Below, piece by piece: positions 9,011 to 14,345 of a DNA stretch of 32,000 nucleotides. Numbering within the stretch: position 1 is the first letter of the stretch; each line of letters opens with the position of its first letter. The notes under the pieces are model-generated. The model was not told where the DNA came from. It ran no database searches and worked only from the letters and a program-made list of their open reading frames with translations. The translations under genes were made by a program, and so were the position numbers. Source of the stretch: Candidatus Omnitrophota bacterium (GTDB lineage Bacteria > Omnitrophota > Gorgyraeia > Zapsychrales > JANLHA01); contig OY759724.1 in assembly GCA_963662715.1 (NCBI GenBank), positions 3,270,001 through 3,302,000 on the forward strand. The letters run 5' to 3'.

Positions 9011-9027
9011 AGCAATTATCATGCCAG
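9011..9027 (-). promoter_or_regulatory. Sigma-54 (-24/-12) promoter
   Basis: The minus strand reads CTGGCATGATAATTGCT. Against the consensus YTGGCACG-N4-TTGCW there is one mismatch, and the GG/GC spacing is exact. It lies about 70-100 nt upstream of the MerR-like GTG. Confidence 0.6.
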
Positions 9028-9322
9028 GATCATCCGGAACATATGATCAGAGCATTAAAACATTGGGATATAAAATGTTATGAAATAACGTTTCTTACCG
9101 CCCCATAATATTTCAGGGAGGGTTTAAGATATTGTTTAAAAGATTAGACATGCCTGTCCTGGACATACCCGGACAACAATGGAAAATACGCCACAACAAA
9201 TACTTAGGAAATGTTGAGAAAAATTATCAATATGCAATTAAATATACAATAATAGTAACAATACTGTAAATATAAAAAAATATTAACAATTATTTAGCTG
9301 TTTTAATACAAAAATAAACAAT

Positions 9323-9351
9323 TTGTTGTTAACAATACATTATGGTATACT
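9323..9351 (+). promoter_or_regulatory. Possible sigma-70 promoter of rpoN (TTGTTG-17-TATACT)
   Basis: The -35-like TTGTTG is at 9323-9328 and the -10 TATACT is at 9346-9351, with a 17-bp spacer. This would give a very short or absent leader before the ATGs at 9360 and 9366, and no SD is visible. The background is AT-rich, so a chance match is possible. Confidence 0.3.
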
Positions 9352-9365
9352 TTTTGCGTATGGGC

Positions 9366-10757
9366 ATGAAATTAAACATATCGCAGGTACAGAAACAAAT
9401 TCTGGCCCCATCCATGCAGCAATCCATTGAAATATTGTTGCTCCCCCTTTTGGACCTAAGCCAGAGCATTGAAGCCGAAATGCAGAACAATCCCCTCCTG
9501 GAGATTGATGAAGAAAAACAGCGGGAAAGCAGCAAAGATGAAGATCAAGCAGACAATTCACTGGACAACATGATCAACCAGATCGTTGAGAATAGCGAAG
9601 CCCCATACTACCACAAAGAGATTTACGAAGAACCTCCGGATGAAAAGCCCTACAAAAGGCAAGAAACCCTGGAAGAAAAATTGTCCAGGCAACTCCATAT
9701 CGACCTGAACGACCCTTTACATGAAAAAATCGGAGAATTCATCATCGGGAATATCAATGAAGACGGCTATTTAACTTTAAGCTGTGAAGAAATAGCGGAA
9801 ATCCTCGGCCTACAGGACACAACAGAGGTTGAGTTTGTTCTAAAGATCATTCAGGATTTCGACCCTGTCGGCATGGCGGCCCGGGACCTCAAAGAGTGCC
9901 TCCTGCTGCAGATACCCCACAAACTTAATTCCAAAATTGAATTAGCGACTATTATGGTCCGGGATTACCTGCAAGAACTCGGGCAGAAAAAATATCAATA
10001 TATGGCAAGAAAGCTCAAAGTCAGCCTGGATGAAATCAAGGAAACGGCACGCCTTATCGCTTCTTTGGATCCGCGTCCCGCGCGAAATTATCGGCCGATC
10101 AGAGGAAGTATTTATATCAAACCCGATGTGTCTGTGGTGAAAGACGAGAACGACCGCTATGTCATCAATGTCAATCATGACGGGCTGCCCCCGTTACGCA
10201 TCAATCATAAATATAAAAGCCTGATTCGCGGAGGGAAACTCTCGACGGAAGAGAAAAAATTCGTCAAGGAACAGCTGCAGAACGCGATCATATTCATCAA
10301 AAGCATTGAACAGCGAGGCCAGACCATCCACGCCATTGCTGAACACATCCTCAAAACTCAGGAGAACTTCTTTAATAACGGCCATTCCGGGCTTGTCCCC
10401 ATGACGCTTAAAGATGTGGCCCTGGCGGTCAACCGCAATGAATCCACGATAAGCCGCGCTATTAATAATAAATACATGGAAACCCCCAAAGGAATTTATG
10501 CCTTTAAATTCTTTTTCTCCCAGGCTGTAAGTCAAAATCAGAATGCCGGGCCCCAGGAAGAAGGCAGCGGGGTTTCCAACAGAAGCGTTAAAGAGAAGAT
10601 CAAAGAGCTCATTGAACATGAAGATAAATCCTCGCCTCTGTCTGACGCGGATATTCAAAAATATTTCACCCGGAAAGGCATGAATATTGCCCGCCGCACC
10701 ATTGCCAAATACCGGCAAAAAGAACGTATCCTCCCTTCCCATCTGCGGAAAATATAA
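9366..10757 (+). CDS. rpoN: RNA polymerase sigma-54 factor
   Basis: The N-terminal region I is MKLNISQVQKQILAPSMQQSIEILLLPLLDL. An acidic region II follows. The C-terminus has an HTH and the RpoN box ARRTIAKYR. The ORF is open from 9342. I prefer the ATG at 9366 (MKL...) or 9360 by comparison with other RpoN N-termini. Confidence 0.95.
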   Translation: MKLNISQVQKQILAPSMQQSIEILLLPLLDLSQSIEAEMQNNPLLEIDEEKQRESSKDEDQADNSLDNMINQIVENSEAPYYHKEIYEEPPDEKPYKRQETLEEKLSRQLHIDLNDPLHEKIGEFIIGNINEDGYLTLSCEEIAEILGLQDTTEVEFVLKIIQDFDPVGMAARDLKECLLLQIPHKLNSKIELATIMVRDYLQELGQKKYQYMARKLKVSLDEIKETARLIASLDPRPARNYRPIRGSIYIKPDVSVVKDENDRYVINVNHDGLPPLRINHKYKSLIRGGKLSTEEKKFVKEQLQNAIIFIKSIEQRGQTIHAIAEHILKTQENFFNNGHSGLVPMTLKDVALAVNRNESTISRAINNKYMETPKGIYAFKFFFSQAVSQNQNAGPQEEGSGVSNRSVKEKIKELIEHEDKSSPLSDADIQKYFTRKGMNIARRTIAKYRQKERILPSHLRKI

Positions 10758-10847
10758 TTCAAAAGCCAAATCATGGATCGAAGCAGCGGGACACCATCAC
10801 GAGCGATTTACGGGCTAACTCCGCGGGGATGCGGACTCAATGAAACT

Positions 10848-10873
10848 CCACGGCCTCACGGCCGTGGTTTCTT
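10848..10873 (+). terminator. Hairpin CCACGGCC-TCAC-GGCCGTGG plus TTTCTT; possible rpoN terminator and/or IS200-like end structure
   Basis: A perfect 8-bp GC-rich stem with a 4-nt loop is followed by a T-rich run. It lies 90 nt after the rpoN stop. The same hairpin recurs at 11373-11392. Confidence 0.4.
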
Positions 10874-10898
10874 AACTATTTTGACTGTGCAAACGCAG

Positions 10899-11327
10899 CT
10901 AAAATTCTATCTGCGTTTGTCCTCGGTCTTCCCGGCCTTGATATTCGATGTATCGCTTTATCGATTCTTCGTCGGCTCCAACCGTTGACACAAAATACCC
11001 TGCTGACCATATCCCTGCCTTTTTCACATACATCTTGTCTAAAAACTTATATCGCCGCCTCATCAGCTTTGCTGTGTTACTCTTAATCAGATTTACTGCA
11101 TGACTTACAGCCATCTTCGGCGGAATTGATGCCAAAAGATGCATATGATCTAAATCTGTATTTACTTTTTCAATGATGATCTCAGGATACCGTCTCATCA
11201 CTCCCAAAACGCATCTTTTGACATACTCCGCCGAACCCCATCGCAATATCTTTCGCCTATATCTTGTACAAATGACAATATGGTATCTGGCATAGTAAAC
11301 TGTGTGTCCTTGCTTCAAATATCTCAT
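10899..11327 (-). CDS. tnpA: IS200/IS605-family Y1 (HUH) transposase TnpA
   Basis: The 142-aa ORF has YHIVICTRYRRKIL, the HUH motif in DHMHLL, and the catalytic Tyr context SAGYFVSTVG. Its size is typical of IS200 TnpA. Confidence 0.9.
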   Translation of the reverse strand: MRYLKQGHTVYYARYHIVICTRYRRKILRWGSAEYVKRCVLGVMRRYPEIIIEKVNTDLDHMHLLASIPPKMAVSHAVNLIKSNTAKLMRRRYKFLDKMYVKKAGIWSAGYFVSTVGADEESIKRYIEYQGREDRGQTQIEF

Positions 11328-11372
11328 GCACCCATTGTATCATACGCAACCAAGACCTCGGAAACGCTTCAT

Positions 11373-11392
11373 CCACGGCCTCATGGCCGTGG
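11373..11392. repeat. Second copy of the CCACGGCC-TCAT-GGCCGTGG hairpin (followed by TTTTTT on the plus strand)
   Basis: It matches 10848-10867 at 19 of 20 positions, the only difference being in the loop. Both copies are preceded by GAAAC(N)C. Confidence 0.8.
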
Positions 11393-11403
11393 TTTTTTCG
11401 CGA

Positions 11404-11434
11404 TAATAAAAAAGCGGGTTGAGGGCCAACCCGC
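11404..11434 (-). terminator. Rho-independent terminator (GCGGGTTG-loop-CAACCCGC plus U6AUUAU on the minus strand)
   Basis: An 8-bp GC-rich stem (11414-11421 / 11427-11434) with a 5-nt loop is followed on the minus strand by TTTTTTATTAT (11413-11404). Confidence 0.65.
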
Positions 11435-11542
11435 TTTCATCAATGGCACAGAAAGGTTAGGAACATGCCAGTCTTTACCTTATTTATGTCCATTGACTGT
11501 TTCGGCAACAGGTGAACCTGTTGCCGAAGTCTCGATAAAAAC
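11406..11542 (-). ncRNA. Candidate small non-coding RNA (about 137 nt) between a consensus sigma-70 promoter and an intrinsic terminator
   Basis: The promoter is at 11549-11577. The transcript would start with a perfect 12-bp hairpin (11501-11512 / 11517-11528, loop TTCA on the minus strand). A middle domain follows, closed by CAATGG/CCATTG with an inner AAGGT/ACCTT stem, and then the terminator. The only ORFs are 4 and 7 codons. Confidence 0.5.
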
Positions 11543-11548
11543 AGTTCA

Positions 11549-11577
11549 ATTCTAGAGGGAACCGCCTGAAATGTCAA
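11549..11577 (-). promoter_or_regulatory. Sigma-70 promoter TTGACA-17-TAGAAT with an A/T-rich upstream tract
   Basis: The minus strand reads aaatcttttttaTTGACAtttcaggcggttccctcTAGAATtgaactg. The -35 matches 6/6, the spacer is 17 bp and the -10 matches 5/6. Confidence 0.55.
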
Positions 11578-11701
11578 TAAAAAAGATTTGCCGGACTACA
11601 ACAAATATGGCCGGGGAACAGCCTGGGCACAAGGCGTCAGGCAGAGCCAAACAATTTATAAAATATTGATAATAAATGACTTGGAATAAAAATCTTCAAA
11701 A

Positions 11702-12145
11702 TCAGTCATCATCACTGCGGGCGAAATCATCCTGAATACGGACAATATCATCTTCTCCCAAATATTCTCCGCAGGCCACTTCAATAAAGGTCAATTTCTC
11801 CTTGCCGATGTTCCCGATACGGTGTTCGGCCCCGACAGGGACATCGACTATAGACCCGGGCTGAACAGTAATCTGGACGCCGTTAACCAGGACCATGCCT
11901 ATTCCATTCACAATAATCCATTTCTCAGACCTTTTATTATGCTTTTGCAGGCTTAATCGACAGCCCGGCTCAACAGAAACGCGTTTCACCCAAACACCTT
12001 TTTCCTGGTAAAGCTTATAATAATTGCCCCATGGACGGTCAGAAACCGTGTCATAATTATTGGTTGCCATAGTCTTTTTCTTTCTTTTTTGCGCTGTTAA
12101 TACCTGGTTTCGTTCATGTCCGAAACGTTTGTTTGCCCCAAACAT
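11702..12145 (-). CDS. Cupin-domain protein related to the C-terminal phosphomannose-isomerase domain of type II PMI/ManC
   Basis: RPWGNYYKL...VKRVSVEPGCRLSLQKHNKRSEKWIIVNG...GAEHRIGNIG...FIEVACGEYLGEDDIVRIQDDF follows the PMI type II cupin pattern. The true start may be the internal ATG at 12070 (MATNNYD...). Confidence 0.8.
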   Translation of the reverse strand: MFGANKRFGHERNQVLTAQKRKKKTMATNNYDTVSDRPWGNYYKLYQEKGVWVKRVSVEPGCRLSLQKHNKRSEKWIIVNGIGMVLVNGVQITVQPGSIVDVPVGAEHRIGNIGKEKLTFIEVACGEYLGEDDIVRIQDDFARSDDD

Positions 12146-12345
12146 GCGTTAAACAATCAAAGAAATGACGTACTAACAATTTTTCTAAGTATAATATAAA
12201 AGATTATGATTTGCCATAAGAAATGAAGATGTTTGCCTGCCGCACGGGAGACTTTTTCGCGGAAAGGAGCCGCCGGCCCCCGGCGGATAAACATCCCCGC
12301 CGCGAGGGACTCCGGCCCAGCAAGGAATGCCGCATAACGAATATA

Positions 12346-12915
12346 TCACTCTTCTCCGTAGGCAATTTGAGAGAGATTATCCTGCAGGTGACCGATAAAA
12401 TCCGTGTAATCCAGATAAGCATCGGCTTTTCGAAAACGGGGGTCCTGGTTCCAGGATTTCAGCTTCTTTTGTCCGTCATAATCAAATATCAGCCAATGGC
12501 CCTTCCCTTTTTCAAGGATATGGTAGCCCTTTTTATCCCATTGCTCTTTGAGGAACACCAAATACTCTTTCTTACTGCTTAACGAAATATTATTCTTTTT
12601 AGACTTAGGTGTCTCGCTGAAGATATCAATAAGCTGATTGACTTTTAAGGACCCTTTATACACTTTCGAAACATAAAAAGACGTTTGCTTGACCGGGCCA
12701 AATCCGAGCACCAGGGTCACCCCGGTGGAACCGATATTTTCCTGAAAAAGTTTGCTGGAAGCGGCAGATTCATTGAGGACAAAACCTTCCACAATAACAT
12801 CAGATTCCTTGATCATATCAGACACGGAAGGTTGAGACGCCGCCATCGCTGTTTGCGCGGCAAGGCACAAAGCTAAGGCGGAAATGATAATGTCATAATA
12901 CCGTTGTTTTTTCAT
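12346..12915 (-). CDS. Secreted hypothetical protein (189 aa)
   Basis: A clear signal peptide is present (MKKQRYYDIIISALALCLAAQTAMAA). No recognisable domain and no obvious SD. Confidence 0.65.
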   Translation of the reverse strand: MKKQRYYDIIISALALCLAAQTAMAASQPSVSDMIKESDVIVEGFVLNESAASSKLFQENIGSTGVTLVLGFGPVKQTSFYVSKVYKGSLKVNQLIDIFSETPKSKKNNISLSSKKEYLVFLKEQWDKKGYHILEKGKGHWLIFDYDGQKKLKSWNQDPRFRKADAYLDYTDFIGHLQDNLSQIAYGEE

Positions 12916-13277
12916 AATGAATTACTATATATTATGCACTATATTTCCTTTCCAATGCAAGATGACAAAGATGGACAAAGTAGGACAGGAATAAACTGAT
13001 TCCAGGGCCCCGCAAGCCCCCCTGCCCAGAGCCCTGGAAAATCAGCGGTCACTAAACATGCATCTTGATGAGATCAAGATGCAGAGGAGGAGTCATTTGT
13101 GTTTAGTGACGCATTGCATTTTTTATGTCGTTCTTCTCTCCCCGGCCTTACAGCCGATTTACAAATATTAGGAATTAAACACTTCCGGGGATTTTTGAGG
13201 ACCAACGGGAAGGTGCTGGGAATGGAATTTCATGCTCCGGCGGGGCCTAAGCCCGGAGCACGTAACAGATTTACTTT

Positions 13278-13886
13278 TTAATCGTCCTGCCCTAACTTCC
13301 TGATAAATTCGATAATATCCTCTGGGGCGGGACGCACGCGATAATCTTCGTTGACATAAGCATAAAGGATCTTCCCCTGCTGATCGATCACATAGGTGGC
13401 CGGCACAGCGATAATCCGGTCTGTCCGGCCGGAGGCCTGTTCAAGGTCGATCCCGTATTTTTCTTTATACAGATCAGCCAGTTCAAGGGGAACCTGGTAG
13501 CGCACTTTATAAAGATCCAGGGTTAACGCGCTGGAATCGCTCACCACTTCGAAACCGAGATTGTTCTCTTCCACAAACCGGGCAGCTGCCGGGACAGTAT
13601 CCACGCTCACGGCAACAACAGAAACGCCCAATGCTGTAAAAGCAGGTAACTGTTCCTGATAAGCCTGCATCTGAGCACGGCAATACCGGCACCATCCTCC
13701 CCGGTAAAAAAGCAGGACAGCCGGGCCTTGCTTCACATAATCCGCCAGAGCGACCGGCTGCCCTTTATAATTATCGGCTTTAAAATTGGGAGCGACCTGG
13801 CCGACGGCCAGCCCGCCGTTGATTCCTGCCCGCGCAGAACAACACAAAAGTAAAAGACACGGCACGGCCAGGAGTGTTCTTTTCAC
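13278..13886 (-). CDS. Exported AhpC/TSA-family peroxiredoxin-like (thioredoxin-fold) protein
   Basis: GQVAPNFKADNYKGQPVALADY...VLLFYRGGWCRYCRAQMQAYQE...GVSVVAVSVD is a peroxiredoxin/redoxin fold with a WCxxC motif. The ORF is open to 13967 (TTG). I favour the GTG at 13886 (VKRTLLAVPCLLLLCCSARA signal peptide); the ATG at 13934 is an alternative. Confidence 0.75.
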   Translation of the reverse strand: MKRTLLAVPCLLLLCCSARAGINGGLAVGQVAPNFKADNYKGQPVALADYVKQGPAVLLFYRGGWCRYCRAQMQAYQEQLPAFTALGVSVVAVSVDTVPAAARFVEENNLGFEVVSDSSALTLDLYKVRYQVPLELADLYKEKYGIDLEQASGRTDRIIAVPATYVIDQQGKILYAYVNEDYRVRPAPEDIIEFIRKLGQDD

Positions 13887-13911
13887 AGGAACGCCCAAAT
13901 ACAATCTGAAA

Positions 13912-14307
13912 TTAGAGATTTTTCTGGATAGCATTAAAGATGAGTTCGGATTTGCCTTTGTCTCCAAAGACGCCGACCCGTATCCTGATTTTAGACCGGA
14001 CTTCCGTCAGAGCATCAATATTAATTTTCACACCGCTGCCGTCGGCAAAACTGGCGGCCAAAACCGCGGATATCCGGTCGGCCCTATCTTCATTGATGTT
14101 GAGGCCCAGCTGGGACACCCCTTCCTTCGTGGCCTGGTAAAGGTCCTGGGCCGGCACTTCAAATTCTTTGACCAAAGCGCCTTTAACCCAGACATAGCTC
14201 CCGGCCCCGGCTGCCGCGCCGACCACAAGAGCCGCGCACCCGGACAGGGAAACGGCTAATACAAAAAGCTGAACAAACGCAACAATATTTCTGGGAAATC
14301 GAATCAT
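13912..14307 (-). CDS. Small lipoprotein, DUF3568-like
   Basis: A lipobox is present (LAVSLSGC). It is followed by a Gly/Ala-rich stretch AALVVGAAAGAGSYVW and a C-terminal IRIRVGVFGDKGKSELI. Confidence 0.7.
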   Translation of the reverse strand: MIRFPRNIVAFVQLFVLAVSLSGCAALVVGAAAGAGSYVWVKGALVKEFEVPAQDLYQATKEGVSQLGLNINEDRADRISAVLAASFADGSGVKINIDALTEVRSKIRIRVGVFGDKGKSELIFNAIQKNL

Positions 14308-14345
14308 GCTCCACTCCTTTTTTTAGATAATATGATGATACGACA

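Larger units (their letters stand above)
10840..11400 (-). mobile_element. IS200/IS605-family insertion sequence (tnpA only); boundaries approximate
   Basis: A Y1/HUH transposase gene is bracketed by two same-strand copies of a 20-nt perfect hairpin (10848-10867 and 11373-11392). A further 9-bp-stem hairpin (10890-10919) spans the tnpA stop. The exact cleavage sites cannot be determined from one copy. Confidence 0.5.

Noticed and set aside
9180-9340. Recurrent (T)AACAAT motifs in the AT-rich region upstream of rpoN, considered as a regulator-binding array or IHF sites.
   Set aside because: The spacing is irregular (28, 32 and 14 bp). The region is so AT-rich that such heptamers are expected by chance, and none matches the IHF WATCAA-N4-TTR pattern.
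10194-10769. A 191-aa minus-strand ORF antisense to rpoN. Similar long antisense or shadow ORFs include 7219..7752(+), 8139..8570(+), 20576..21118(+), 22911..23429(+), 30009..30440(+) and 30924..31340(+).
   Set aside because: All lie entirely inside strongly supported genes on the opposite strand. Their translations are low-complexity or Arg/Pro-rich with no motifs, as expected for shadow frames of GC-moderate coding DNA.
11393-11701. A check for a tRNA, a degraded tnpB gene or an omega-RNA-type guide next to the IS200-like tnpA.
   Set aside because: There is no T-loop or acceptor-stem pattern, and no extended reading frame in any of the six frames. Nothing indicates a TnpB remnant. The region is better explained by the promoter-hairpin-terminator unit reported as a candidate sRNA.
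13099-13281. A 60-aa plus-strand ORF with a strong upstream SD (GAGGAGGAG), considered as a real gene or a type I toxin.
   Set aside because: It uses a GTG start and has no hydrophobic or otherwise recognisable features. It also runs into the convergent peroxiredoxin stop. I report it only as part of the hairpin observation, not as a CDS.
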